Of a stretch of DNA of 50,020 nucleotides, positions 1 to 10,070 are shown one piece after another. The first letter of the stretch is position 1. Every line of letters begins with the position of its first letter. The notes under the pieces were generated by a model. That model was given only the letters and a program-made list of their open reading frames with translations, was not told where the DNA came from and searched no databases. Source of the stretch: a candidate division FCPU426 bacterium (GTDB lineage: Bacteria > Oederibacteriota > JAAXVQ01 > JAUVAV01). Made by a program: the position numbers and the translations under genes. Location: the NCBI GenBank assembly GCA_030637655.1, contig DAOWGI010000040.1:1-50020 (forward strand). The letters are read 5' to 3'.

Positions 1-56
1 ATACTTAGAATACCAGGATGAAGTCTATTCATTATGTTATTTGAAGTATTTGACAT
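1..56 (-). CDS. 5' fragment of a gene running off the window; probable Lhr-like/DEAD-box helicase
   Basis: ATG at 56 lies 4 nt after the stop of the ATPase gene and reads MSNTSNNIMNRLHPGILS. An early RLHP is typical of the Lhr-like helicases that follow DUF2791 ATPases. Only 18 codons are visible. Confidence 0.45.
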   Translation of the reverse strand, partial: MSNTSNNIMNRLHPGILS

Positions 57-60
57 GTTA

Positions 61-2943
61 TTAATTTGAGAGAATATCAGACACTCGTTGAGCGACTTGC
101 TCATCTGTAATTTGAGGTCTAATATCAATTCTGCTTAATTTTGGATTTTCCTCCAAAATATCTAGTATTTGGACTAGTTCCCGCAAAACAGGCCGAGGTA
201 CCCGGGTTATTGTTTCGCTGCGCGCGGTTGTGCATTGTCCGAGTTGCTCGTCTATCTCTGCATCCGGCATTCTGGCTTTTGCATCCCACTTATAGGCAAC
301 GCCGTGAATATCACGAACACGAGATACTACGTTCTTTAGTTTATCCTTATTTAATCCTTCTAATTCCACGACTGGTTGTTTAAACGATTTAACTGATATA
401 TTATCCATTGGCGATAATACTCTATTTGCCAAAGCCTCATAGCTAGGCAATCCTGCTCTTTCGTCCTCAAAAAATGAATCTGTGCCAGTAAATATTATTA
501 AACAACTGGGGAGTTCATTTTTCCCTACTTCATCAATAAGTAGTCGTAATGTCTCATATGCCTGTTCTCTGGATTTTTGATGAGGATAACGTCTAATAAG
601 TTCTACTTCATCCACTAACAAAACAAACCCACGATATCTTGCACCGGCAATAACTTTCAACAAAGCCCGGAGCCTGGAAAACACAGTGTTTGGTTCCAAC
701 ACCCCCTTAACTCCAATTGATTTTAGGGCATTACTAGATAGTGAATGACTACCACTTAGCCAAGAAATAGCATTTACTGCCGTTGATAAATCCCCCGCCA
801 AGCGAGCCCGATAAAATGCCCTTACCGCTGGTGCAAAACTCGGATCAAGACTTGCTATGGTTTCTAATTCTTCCTCAACTCTTTGTTCAACTAATTCACC
901 TAATTCATCAACCTTACAACTATTACCGATTTCGACCCCTTCTATCTTTGCTGTTTTCCGGTGTATTCCCAGCAACCAGCTTTCTAAAATATCCGCCAAA
1001 GCATTTCCATCGCGTTTTTCCGGTGTTCTAATACCTTGCACTAATCCGGCAAAAAACACTGGTAAGTCCGACAATGGTTGATTTGGTCCAATCACAATAT
1101 TTGATACTATTAAATCTTTTTCAAGTGTCTGTTCCTTCAACCAGGAACAGACAAAACTTTTACCTGCCCCATAAGGTCCTCGAATAAATTTAAAAAAGCA
1201 TTTCCCTCGGGCCGTCTCCTCAATCAATTCGCTAAAATGTTTTCTAATTGTTGTCTGTCCAACCGCCAAGTATTCTAAATTTTTACCGGGAACAACACCT
1301 TGTCTGATTGCATCGACAATATTTCTGGCAATTTTGCGAGATAAGCCATCTGAGTTAAACCCTTGAGAACCTAACCATTCATAAATATTAATGCTATGAA
1401 GACTTTTAATCCCCAATGGGTTTCTACCTGACTTATTAAGTTTTGCTATCATGTCAGTCATATGGGCTTTTGTTAGAAACCATCCAAGTTTATGTCTCTT
1501 ACTGGCCCTTTCAACATCTCTTTCTGTTAATGATTTGGCATCTTTTAGTAAAGCAAGTATTATTAATTCGTCTTTATCTAAAAATGGATATTCTTTTTCT
1601 AAATCATCAATTCCCAAAGGCATCTTCGCGACATTTTCCGACACCAAATCTTCCACTTTCGGAAGTGATATTTTCTCATCAGCCTTGTCACTATACGTTT
1701 CTTCTTCTTCTATTTCTGCTCTTGCAAGAACTTCCTGAGACGCAACTTTCACCTCTTCTATGATCCGATCTATTTTTTCTGTTTTTAACCCTGATACTTT
1801 CACATCCAGCTTGCTACATAATTGATATAAGTCACTTCCGCGAAGGCGACCAAGTATATTTCTATCTGACCAGTTAGAAACTAATAACCTTTTTATTTTC
1901 TCCTCTTTTGAACCACTTGTTTTCAAATAACATCCTGATAAAATGTCCTGAAGCTGATTATTTGACAGATGCTCAAGTACATGCTTAAAATCCTCGCAGC
2001 TCATTTCCCTTTCTTCTTGCGCTTCCGGCTGTACAGTCTCATTTTCTTCTGTCACTTTTTCTAAATCTCTTTTCTGATCAAAATAATCAACAATATTTCC
2101 AATTCTTTCGAATTTATTTCCGCTCACTTTTATCTCATTTTTCGAGCAAAAACTGCTTAATTCATCAATTGTCATTAAATCCAATAATTCTTTTGGCGGA
2201 ACAAGCCCTTTTATAATTCGAACCAACTTATCATCTTTACTCCCTGATACAACTAGCCCTAGGCTTTGGCAATATCTATACAATTGATCATTTGTTAATG
2301 CGTCTAAAATTCGACGGTAATCTATATCATCTATATCCATATCCCAAGCACGGCGAATTTGCCAAACTACTTCTTCACCAATCAAAAAATTATTATCTAT
2401 CGACAATACTAACCCAGATGACAGAAGTCGATTTCTTGCTTCAACATAACCTTTATCACTTCCCAATATGGATCTCACTTCAGTATGATACTCAAGCAAA
2501 AGATGTTCTCGCGTCCAAATACCTAATTGTTCCCGCAACACCTGAAGAATCCTTCCTTCGCTTTCATCTATCTTACTGTCATTCTTCCAAGCAGATACAA
2601 GCATTTTAAGATAAAGTTCGTAGTTTTTATTCCCCGATAGACCTTTCCCACTATCTGCCATTGCAACTAGTTCGTGAACAAGCTGAAAAACATGATCCCG
2701 AAAACCTTCCACCGGATGGCAATACCCCTCTGAATCTAACAAAACCTTCAAAATTGCGTACGTAGGAGGTTTTGATGTATTTAGCTTTGATCCAATATAA
2801 CTTAACGACGATAGAGCTGATATTACCTCCTGCTGGACAATATTTCTCGGCAGCCTTAGCGAAGCTGACTCATCCATTTTGTCGCCGGCAATTTGATCGA
2901 TTACCGAATCGGAGTGTTTATTTAGAATTTCAAACAATTTCAT
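61..2943 (-). CDS. Fusion protein: TerB-like segment, four SAP-like repeats and a C-terminal BrxD/DUF2791-family P-loop ATPase (putative anti-phage)
   Basis: Walker A GPYGAGKS, Walker B FVLLVDEVE, DAIRQGVVP..LAVG and GLPSYEALANR motifs. Repeats of type LTNDQLYRYCQSLGLVVSGSKDDKLVRII. TerB-like AWKNDSKIDESEGRILQVLREQLGI. Start moved to ATG 2943 (GGAG RBS). Confidence 0.75.
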   Translation of the reverse strand: MKLFEILNKHSDSVIDQIAGDKMDESASLRLPRNIVQQEVISALSSLSYIGSKLNTSKPPTYAILKVLLDSEGYCHPVEGFRDHVFQLVHELVAMADSGKGLSGNKNYELYLKMLVSAWKNDSKIDESEGRILQVLREQLGIWTREHLLLEYHTEVRSILGSDKGYVEARNRLLSSGLVLSIDNNFLIGEEVVWQIRRAWDMDIDDIDYRRILDALTNDQLYRYCQSLGLVVSGSKDDKLVRIIKGLVPPKELLDLMTIDELSSFCSKNEIKVSGNKFERIGNIVDYFDQKRDLEKVTEENETVQPEAQEEREMSCEDFKHVLEHLSNNQLQDILSGCYLKTSGSKEEKIKRLLVSNWSDRNILGRLRGSDLYQLCSKLDVKVSGLKTEKIDRIIEEVKVASQEVLARAEIEEEETYSDKADEKISLPKVEDLVSENVAKMPLGIDDLEKEYPFLDKDELIILALLKDAKSLTERDVERASKRHKLGWFLTKAHMTDMIAKLNKSGRNPLGIKSLHSINIYEWLGSQGFNSDGLSRKIARNIVDAIRQGVVPGKNLEYLAVGQTTIRKHFSELIEETARGKCFFKFIRGPYGAGKSFVCSWLKEQTLEKDLIVSNIVIGPNQPLSDLPVFFAGLVQGIRTPEKRDGNALADILESWLLGIHRKTAKIEGVEIGNSCKVDELGELVEQRVEEELETIASLDPSFAPAVRAFYRARLAGDLSTAVNAISWLSGSHSLSSNALKSIGVKGVLEPNTVFSRLRALLKVIAGARYRGFVLLVDEVELIRRYPHQKSREQAYETLRLLIDEVGKNELPSCLIIFTGTDSFFEDERAGLPSYEALANRVLSPMDNISVKSFKQPVVELEGLNKDKLKNVVSRVRDIHGVAYKWDAKARMPDAEIDEQLGQCTTARSETITRVPRPVLRELVQILDILEENPKLSRIDIRPQITDEQVAQRVSDILSN

Positions 2944-3283
2944 AGTTAACTCCTTTGCTGTTTTTAGTATTGCCAAAAATTTTCGACCTTAATTCTTATA
3001 AAATTTTTTCTACATTTCGGAATACGGGATACGTCATTAGAATATGATAGGAACGCCCCCATTTTCACTGAATCTCATTTCAGCACCCCCAAAAAAAGTC
3101 CGAATAGTATCAACTTATCCAGTATCGGAAGTCAAATTTTAAAATTAACTGAATAATAGGGCATACAAACATTTTATAATTTATCTTGAATAGCAAATTT
3201 GGATAAAATTATGTAAAAAAAGGAGTTTTTAGGAATACTTCAGGACATTTACAGCCTATGAATATGGGCAGATTATGTTTTCT

Positions 3284-4219
3284 CTAATTAATATAACGAT
3301 CCGCCAGGACTGCTGCCCTGGCGCCTTCACCGGCTGCGACCACGATCTGTTTGACCTCATTGGCCCGGCAATCACCCACAGCAAAAATACCAGGTTGTTT
3401 GGTTTGCAGGTTGGGCTGGGTTTGAATATAGCCGTCTTTATCCAAATCCAGCACACTTTTGACAAAATCGGTTTGAGGAATTAATCCGACAAATATAAAA
3501 ATCCCTTTTATATCAAGGTGCTGAGTAGCTTTCTCATTTTTCGGACCAATGGTTACCCGGGTTACTCCTGTGTCTTTGCCCTCAATGGCATATGGCACAA
3601 AAGGCGTGACCGCCTCAATTTTAGGATTTTTCAGAACATGCTCTTGTATTATTTTATCTGCTCGGAATTCAATACGTCGATGAATTAAATAGACTTTGGA
3701 GGCAAAACGCGTCAGAAACTCAGCCTCTTCCAAAGCCGTATTGCCGCCACCCACTACCGCTACCGGCACATCACGAAAAAAGGCGCCATCACAAGTGGCA
3801 CAATAGGATACACCGCGTCCGCGATAGTTATCTTCACCAGGTATCCCTATTTTTTTGGGGATCGCACCGGTTGCAATAATTACACTTTTACCTTGATATT
3901 TCCGGGCCGCACACTCCACTGTAGGCATTTTGCCCGGCACGAGTCCTGTCACTTGGTCATTCACAATCTGCAAACCAAGTTCCCGGGCTTGCGCGTCCAT
4001 TTTAAGCATGAGCTCAGCGCCATTGACATGCGGAATTCCCGGATAATTATCCACTTGCCAGGTAGTAGCAGCTTGTCCGCCCGGCGAAAATTGTTCAATC
4101 AGAACTACTGAACGCCCTGCTCTTACTGCATACATACCGGCCGTCAAGCCGGCCGGTCCGGCGCCAAGGATGATTACATCGTAAATTTGCGTTTGAGTAT
4201 CAGATACATTTCCCGACAT
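3284..4219 (-). CDS. trxB: Thioredoxin-disulfide reductase
   Basis: GAGPAGLTA FAD motif, CATCDG redox motif, GGGNTA NADPH motif, GIFAVGD. Confidence 0.96.
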   Translation of the reverse strand: MSGNVSDTQTQIYDVIILGAGPAGLTAGMYAVRAGRSVVLIEQFSPGGQAATTWQVDNYPGIPHVNGAELMLKMDAQARELGLQIVNDQVTGLVPGKMPTVECAARKYQGKSVIIATGAIPKKIGIPGEDNYRGRGVSYCATCDGAFFRDVPVAVVGGGNTALEEAEFLTRFASKVYLIHRRIEFRADKIIQEHVLKNPKIEAVTPFVPYAIEGKDTGVTRVTIGPKNEKATQHLDIKGIFIFVGLIPQTDFVKSVLDLDKDGYIQTQPNLQTKQPGIFAVGDCRANEVKQIVVAAGEGARAAVLADRYIN

Positions 4220-4536
4220 TACTTCTTTATCACCTCTTCGGCCATAGCAACTAATTTGGACTTGGTACAGGTTCCAATGATTTGATTAACCAAACGTCCA
4301 TTTTTAAAAAACAGGAGTGAAGGAATCGAGTGAATGGCAAACCGTTCGGTGGTAGCCGGATTTTCATCCACATCCAAGCGACAGACTTTTACCAGCCCGG
4401 TAAATTCTTGACTAAATTCTTCTACCACCGGCATCAACATTCGACACGACACACACCAGGAAGCCCAAAAATCGACCAAAACCGGTGTTTCGGATTTAAG
4501 TATCTCTGATTCAAATGTCTGATCTATTATATCCAT
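4219..4536 (-). CDS. trxA: Thioredoxin (WCVSC active site)
   Basis: PVLVDFWASWCVSC...SIPSLLFFKNG; TAATG overlap with trxB. Confidence 0.92.
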   Translation of the reverse strand: MDIIDQTFESEILKSETPVLVDFWASWCVSCRMLMPVVEEFSQEFTGLVKVCRLDVDENPATTERFAIHSIPSLLFFKNGRLVNQIIGTCTKSKLVAMAEEVIKK

Positions 4537-4746
4537 GTGCTACCCGCCTTTCTTTTATGGCATCCTTGATCCCAGCAGCAACCAGGCACATCCGGTTTCA
4601 GGCTCAGATAAAAATGCATAATAAAACGTATCCCATGGTTAGCGTCCCATAAATAATGGCCAATACTTTAATATGCCAGATTTTTGTGAACACCACTTCT
4701 GCTTGCGGTTCAGGTATACTTTTGCTACTCGTTTTCATAAGCGGTC

Positions 4747-5235
4747 TTAAGTACTCTCTTTTTCTGCTAATTCAAACTTATCATGAATGGCACGCACAGC
4801 ATCATCCACACGATCTTCCGACACAATGACAGTGATTTTTATCTCTGATGTCGAAATCATCTCAATATTGATTTTCTGTTCCGCTAAAGCGGCAAACATT
4901 TTCCCGGCCACACCGGTGTGGGAACGCATCCCAACTCCGACTACGCTCACTTTCCCGATATGTTCATCTGTCTCTACACCTTTGGCTCCCATTTCCCCGG
5001 CCATTTTTTCAAGAATGTCTTTAGCACGCGGCAACTCACTCCGGGGAACTGTAAAAGACATATTAGTAGTGCCTTCTTCAGAAATATCCTGCACAATAAC
5101 ATCAATATTAATTTCAGCGTTTGCCAGCGCTCCGCATATTTTCGCAGCTATACCCGGTTGATCCGGGACCCACAAAATGGTTAATTTGGCTTCTTTCTTG
5201 CTGTAGGTTACACCTGATACTACATACCCTTCCAT
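4747..5235 (-). CDS. Probable aspartate kinase beta subunit from an in-frame internal start (Met249)
   Basis: Strong internal SD GAGGAGG 8 nt upstream of the in-frame ATG at 5235 (MEGYVVSGV), at the start of the ACT region. Confidence 0.65.
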   Translation of the reverse strand: MEGYVVSGVTYSKKEAKLTILWVPDQPGIAAKICGALANAEINIDVIVQDISEEGTTNMSFTVPRSELPRAKDILEKMAGEMGAKGVETDEHIGKVSVVGVGMRSHTGVAGKMFAALAEQKINIEMISTSEIKITVIVSEDRVDDAVRAIHDKFELAEKEST

Positions 5236-5979
5236 TTGGTCAACCTCCTCGGTGATCAAAGTTCCAGGACTCGATTTGGTGCTGGAACGAACATGCAAAA
5301 TAATATTATTTTTTTTAGCAAATTCCACAGAGCGATTGTACAGCACCTGTGCGCCCAAGCTGGCCATTTCCAGCATTTCATCATAAGCAAGGCGTTCTAC
5401 TTTTTTAGCGTTTGCAACCAGACGCGGATCTGCCGTAAAAACACCATCCACATCTTTATAAAACTCACACATGTCCGATTTCAAGGCCGCTGCCAGCGCA
5501 ACAGCCGTTAAATCAGAACCACCTCTGCCCAACGTCGTGATTTCTTCTTCTTCGGTTTCACCTTGAAAACCAGCCACAATAACCACTTTTCCCAGACGGA
5601 GCGCTTTGAAAATTTTATCTCCACCCATTTTAACAATACGGGCTTTACTATGAGAATCGTCAGTAACAATTCCCACTTGCGGACCGGTAAAGGAAATCGC
5701 ATCACAGCCCAAGGCTTTTAAGGCTATGGCCATCAATGCAATGGACTGTTGTTCACCGGTAGCCAGCAACATATCCATTTCACGTTCATCCGGAGTAGCG
5801 GTAATGGCTTTGGCCTTGGCAATCAAATCATCGGTCATGTCCCCGGGCGCTGACAATACTACGACCACATCACGCCCTTCTTTTTTATTAGCTTCGATTC
5901 TTTCCGCCACTCCCCGCATCAGCTCCGGTGTGGCCAGGGTAGCGCCCCCAAATTTCATTACCGTAATCTTATTTTCCAA
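4747..5979 (-). CDS. lysC: Aspartate kinase (alpha/beta type, two ACT domains)
   Basis: VMKFGG, TTLGRGGSD, DVDGVFTADPR, MISTSEIKI; TTG start with AGGAGG RBS. Confidence 0.96.
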   Translation of the reverse strand: MENKITVMKFGGATLATPELMRGVAERIEANKKEGRDVVVVLSAPGDMTDDLIAKAKAITATPDEREMDMLLATGEQQSIALMAIALKALGCDAISFTGPQVGIVTDDSHSKARIVKMGGDKIFKALRLGKVVIVAGFQGETEEEEITTLGRGGSDLTAVALAAALKSDMCEFYKDVDGVFTADPRLVANAKKVERLAYDEMLEMASLGAQVLYNRSVEFAKKNNIILHVRSSTKSSPGTLITEEVDQMEGYVVSGVTYSKKEAKLTILWVPDQPGIAAKICGALANAEINIDVIVQDISEEGTTNMSFTVPRSELPRAKDILEKMAGEMGAKGVETDEHIGKVSVVGVGMRSHTGVAGKMFAALAEQKINIEMISTSEIKITVIVSEDRVDDAVRAIHDKFELAEKEST

Positions 5980-5991
5980 CGCACCTGCCTC

Positions 5992-7287
5992 CTAACCATC
6001 ACTTTGCCGCTCTGACGATTCAATATCAGACGTCGGCGTATCTACGTGTTGTTCAGTTTCTACAGCAACCGGTGTTTCCGCGGTTGCTGCGGCATCCGGC
6101 CATTGACCGGTGATGAAAATATCCATTAATTTCCAAGCTTCCGGAATATGCACTCCGGTCTCACGGGCAGCGGTTTCATGATAACCAGTAGCACGGGAAG
6201 GCTCTCCGCCAGGTTGATAGATAATAAACGGGACTGCTTCTTTGGTATGGGTACGAACATCCAATGGTGTCGGATGGTCCGGCAGAATCATAATCTTGAA
6301 ATCGGTTCTGCCTTCCACTCCTTGTAAAATGGTCCCAACCACTTTTTCATCAAAATCCTCAATGGCTTTCACTTTCCCGGCCACATCACCATTATGGCCG
6401 CATTCATCCGGAGCTTCCACATGCACAAACACAAAATCATGTTTCTTCAATACTTTAAGCGCCGCTTCAGCCTTACCAAGATAATTGGTATCCAAATAGC
6501 CCGTTACTCCCGGTACTTTGATCACTTCCAGGCCGGCATAGAGCCCGATCCCTTTGATGAGATCCACCGCGGATATCACACCTCCGGTCAGGTGGTATTT
6601 TTCAGTCAAGGTTGGCATCTGAGGTTTGCTTCCTTGACCCCAGAGCCATATCATGTTGGCGGTAAGATGTCCTTCACGGCGCCGATCACGATTTACTTCA
6701 TGTCCTTCCAGCAAAAAACGAGAATCTTCCATCAACTGGATCAACTCTTTATGTCCCGCGCCTTTGGGCATATGCTCTGCGATCGGTTTGCCGGTAATGT
6801 CATGCGGAGGAATGCAGCAAGCCTTGATAGGTCCTCCCCGCCATACTAATAAATGGCGATAACTGGTGCCTAAGTAAAACTTGATTTTATCCGTCCCCAG
6901 TTTTTGACCTAACATTTTAATCAATGGTTTGGCATCTTCAGTGGAAATATGCCCGGAAGAAAAATCCACCATGGTTTCATTTTTAATATTCACCAGATTA
7001 CAGCGAAACGCAATATCCTTAGGACCTAAGTCCACACCAATATTGGCTGCTTCCAAAGGCGCGCGTCCGGAGTAATATTTATGCGGATCGTAGCCCATAA
7101 CAGTCAAATTTGCCACATCCGAACCTAAAGGATAACCATCCACCAAGGTATCGGCTGTACCCAATTGTCCCAGGGTAGCCAGTTTATCCATATTGGGAGT
7201 TTTGCCAATTTGTAAGGGTGTTTGATTGTTGAGTTTTGGATGCGGATGGTCAGCCATCCCATCCCCGACAAGTACTATATATTTCAT
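5992..7287 (-). CDS. apgM: Cofactor-independent phosphoglycerate mutase family (ApgM-like; proposed homoserine kinase subgroup)
   Basis: [19 protein letters not shown] catalytic Ser, [25 protein letters not shown]; lies inside the thr operon. Confidence 0.88.
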   Translation of the reverse strand: MKYIVLVGDGMADHPHPKLNNQTPLQIGKTPNMDKLATLGQLGTADTLVDGYPLGSDVANLTVMGYDPHKYYSGRAPLEAANIGVDLGPKDIAFRCNLVNIKNETMVDFSSGHISTEDAKPLIKMLGQKLGTDKIKFYLGTSYRHLLVWRGGPIKACCIPPHDITGKPIAEHMPKGAGHKELIQLMEDSRFLLEGHEVNRDRRREGHLTANMIWLWGQGSKPQMPTLTEKYHLTGGVISAVDLIKGIGLYAGLEVIKVPGVTGYLDTNYLGKAEAALKVLKKHDFVFVHVEAPDECGHNGDVAGKVKAIEDFDEKVVGTILQGVEGRTDFKIMILPDHPTPLDVRTHTKEAVPFIIYQPGGEPSRATGYHETAARETGVHIPEAWKLMDIFITGQWPDAAATAETPVAVETEQHVDTPTSDIESSERQSDG

Positions 7288-8390
7288 TTGTTTTTCTTCC
7301 CGGTTTTATTGGTTGTTTTTAAACCCATGCGTTTTAAGACTGTTGTCACCTTAGCTTCACAAGTCTGATATTTGGAAGATTCCGATATGGCACGATCCGG
7401 ATCTTTTAAGCCATGACCAGTCAGCACGCAAACAGCCACAGACTCACGAGTGGTTTGCTGTTTAAAATAATTCGCAGCTGCCATTTTCATGAAACCCGCT
7501 ACCGAGGCAGCTGAGGCCGGCTCACAAAACACACCCTCAACCTGCGCCAAATGTCGATAGGCCGCTAAAATTTCTTTATCCGTAACTATCCCGATCATTC
7601 CTTGGGATTCGTCACGCGCTTGCACAGCACTTTTCCAGGAAGCGGGATTTCCTATTTTAATGGCAGTGGCAATGGTTTTTGGATTCTTAATTGGTTTGCC
7701 TTTAACTATGGGAGCAGATAATGCAGCTTGCCAACCCAGCATACGCGGCAAACGCGAAATTCTTCTTAAACGTTTAAATTCTTTATAGCCTTTCCAATAA
7801 GCTGTAATATTTCCTGCATTACCCACTGGAATAAAGTGAAAATCAGGACAGCGTCCGCCAAGTTGATCAACAATCTCAAAAGCGCCTGTTTTTTGTCCTT
7901 CTATCCTGTAAGGATTTATTGAATTTACAAGAGTTACGTTATATTTTTCAGATATTTCTTTAACTATGTCCAAAGCCATATCGAAATTACCTTCAATGGC
8001 AATCACCTTCGCACCATGCATCATGGCTTGGGCTAATTTACCTAAAGCGATAGCTCCTTTGGGGAGTATGACAAAGCATTTGAGGCCTGCGCGTGAGGAA
8101 TAGGCAGCAGCAGATGCTGAGGTATTGCCGGTAGAAGCACAGATTACCGCTTTGCTCCCTTCTTCTTTGGCTTTGGAAATAGCCAGGGTCATACCACGGT
8201 CTTTAAAAGATCCGGTTGGATTAAGTCCCTCATACTTCAAATATACGGACAGGCCGCGATTCCCGGACAATTTGGCCAAGGTCGGTGCAGGTATTAAGGG
8301 AGTATCACCCTCATGCAGTGTAACCACAGGGGTTTTATCAGTTACCGGCAAGAATCGTCTGTAATTTGCGATAATTCCTCGTTTAATCAA
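7284..8390 (-). CDS. thrC: Threonine synthase
   Basis: [16 protein letters not shown]-lysine motif, [26 protein letters not shown]. Confidence 0.96.
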   Translation of the reverse strand: MIKRGIIANYRRFLPVTDKTPVVTLHEGDTPLIPAPTLAKLSGNRGLSVYLKYEGLNPTGSFKDRGMTLAISKAKEEGSKAVICASTGNTSASAAAYSSRAGLKCFVILPKGAIALGKLAQAMMHGAKVIAIEGNFDMALDIVKEISEKYNVTLVNSINPYRIEGQKTGAFEIVDQLGGRCPDFHFIPVGNAGNITAYWKGYKEFKRLRRISRLPRMLGWQAALSAPIVKGKPIKNPKTIATAIKIGNPASWKSAVQARDESQGMIGIVTDKEILAAYRHLAQVEGVFCEPASAASVAGFMKMAAANYFKQQTTRESVAVCVLTGHGLKDPDRAISESSKYQTCEAKVTTVLKRMGLKTTNKTGKKNK

Positions 8391-9699
8391 GATTCTCCAC
8401 CCTCATTTTCAAGGTTGGCTGCATGGAAAAGGACATCTTGTCAATTGTGTCCAGAGCAGCAGCTATGTCTTTTTCTTTTGCCGTATGTGTCATAAAAACA
8501 ATCGGCACTACATTTTCTTTATGCGCGTCCTTCTGAATAACAGACTCTATCGATATGCCTTTCTCGCTTAATATACCGGCTATTTTTGCGATTACACCAA
8601 TTTCCTCTTTTACTGTAAATCGCAAATAATATTGAGATTCCAATTCAGCGATGGATTCAATATCCAGGGTATCATTGTTGACTTGAGGACAATAATACAC
8701 TGCCGGTACTTTTTCCGCCACACCCATATGAATATTCCTGGCAATAAAAATAACATCTGAGACCACAGCTGATGCGGTCGGCATTTCACCAGCGCCTTGT
8801 CCATAAAACATCGTCGGTCCCACAGCATCACCGATAATATAAATACCATTGTTCACGCCATGTACAGACGCCATTAAATGTTCCTGCGGAATCAGCGTGG
8901 GATGTACTCGTACCTGTATTTTTCCTTTTGGAGTCTGCTTGGCAATGCCCAGCAGCTTAATCTCTTTTTCCAACTCTTCTCTTGCGTAGGTAATGTCTTG
9001 TGCGGTAATACGGGTAATCCCTTCCACATAGACGCTCTTGGGGGCTACCCTTTTTCCAAATGCCAATGAGGCCAGGATCACTAATTTGTGCATGGTATCG
9101 CCGCCCTCAACATCAAGAGCCGGATCTGCCTCCGCAAAACCCTTTTCCTGCGCTTCTTTTAACACTTCTGCGTAGTTCTTGCCTTTACCCATCTCCGTCA
9201 GAATATAATTCGCAGTTCCATTAATAATTCCGTAGATACCTTGGAACTTATTGGGTGCCAGACCATCATTCAGACCCTGGACAATGGGTATTCCTCCACC
9301 AACGGCAGCCTCAAAATATATGGCAGAGCCATATTCCTGAGCGGTTCTTTGGATCTCATCCCAGTGTTCCGACAACAAGGCTTTATTTGCTGTCACCACA
9401 TGTTTGCCGGCTTTTAAAGCCTTTAAAATAAAGGTTTTCGCCGGTTCAATTCCACCTATAAGCTCTACCACAATATGGATATCCGGATCTTGAATTACTT
9501 CCTCAGCTTTGATGGTCAATAACTTTTTATCAATCTGAATACCGCGATCACGGGTTATATCCAAGTCCGCAATCTTCTTTATTTCCAAGGTAATCCCGGT
9601 TCTCAAAGTCAATAAATCAGGATTATTTTTGAATATTTTAGTTACCCCAGTGCCAACCGTGCCCCAACCCAAAATACCTATGTTTATTTTTTGTGTCAT
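8383..9699 (-). CDS. hom: Homoserine dehydrogenase with C-terminal ACT domain
   Basis: [42 protein letters not shown]. Confidence 0.96.
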   Translation of the reverse strand: MTQKINIGILGWGTVGTGVTKIFKNNPDLLTLRTGITLEIKKIADLDITRDRGIQIDKKLLTIKAEEVIQDPDIHIVVELIGGIEPAKTFILKALKAGKHVVTANKALLSEHWDEIQRTAQEYGSAIYFEAAVGGGIPIVQGLNDGLAPNKFQGIYGIINGTANYILTEMGKGKNYAEVLKEAQEKGFAEADPALDVEGGDTMHKLVILASLAFGKRVAPKSVYVEGITRITAQDITYAREELEKEIKLLGIAKQTPKGKIQVRVHPTLIPQEHLMASVHGVNNGIYIIGDAVGPTMFYGQGAGEMPTASAVVSDVIFIARNIHMGVAEKVPAVYYCPQVNNDTLDIESIAELESQYYLRFTVKEEIGVIAKIAGILSEKGISIESVIQKDAHKENVVPIVFMTHTAKEKDIAAALDTIDKMSFSMQPTLKMRVENLD

Positions 9700-9744
9700 T
9701 GAGTCCCTTGACCCCTTTCTCTACTCGCAATTATTAATCCCGGC

Positions 9745-9773
9745 ATTATATGAGGTGCCAAAGAACCTGTCAA
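9745..9773 (-). promoter_or_regulatory. sigma70 promoter of the hom-thrC-apgM-lysC operon
   Basis: Perfect TTGACA-17 nt-TATAAT on the minus strand, 45 nt upstream of the hom ATG. Confidence 0.85.
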
Positions 9774-9792
9774 GTCCCAAGTCGATCAAGTC

Positions 9793-9930
9793 GTAGCATG
9801 TCAGTGAACTGCGGTTAAACAAAGGTTGTCATTCCCGAATGCTTGTATCGGGAATCCGGTTTTTTAAACCATATCCCCGATACAAGCATTCGGGGATGAC
9901 AGGGTGAGGGCTTCATTCGGGGATGACAAC
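9793..9930 (+). mobile_element. MITE family A, copy 1 (left TIR plus GTCATTCCCG REP doublet; right TIR absent)
   Basis: Starts GTAGCATGTCAGTGAACTGCGGTTAAACAAAGGTTGTCATTCCCG, near-identical to the copies at 18.3 kb and 37.2 kb; contains an internal inverted pair. Confidence 0.8.
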
Positions 9931-10070
9931 TTAAAAAATACCCTTTCCGCCACAGAAACTATCTTTCCATTCCGGTTGGGGGACCGTTCCCTACATGTGC
10001 CGGGCGTACTAATAATAAACCAGGTAATCACAAAGATCACCTGGTTTATATATCTACTCTATTATATTTT

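Noticed and set aside
51-60. TGACATGTTA matching the end of the MITE TIR
   Set aside because: Only 10 nt match, it coincides with a stop/start junction, and no partner TIR or TSD is visible.
61-2943. Calling this a complete BREX system
   Set aside because: No pglX, pglZ or brxC is visible in the window; only the ATPase family is shared.
4540-4740. Small ORF(s) between lysC and trxA (45 aa from ATG; a hydrophobic alternative frame)
   Set aside because: No convincing RBS/start for the hydrophobic frame and no recognisable family; cannot be supported.
9700-9792. Riboswitch, T-box or attenuator upstream of hom
   Set aside because: The promoter is only 45 nt from the ATG, leaving no room for a leader element.
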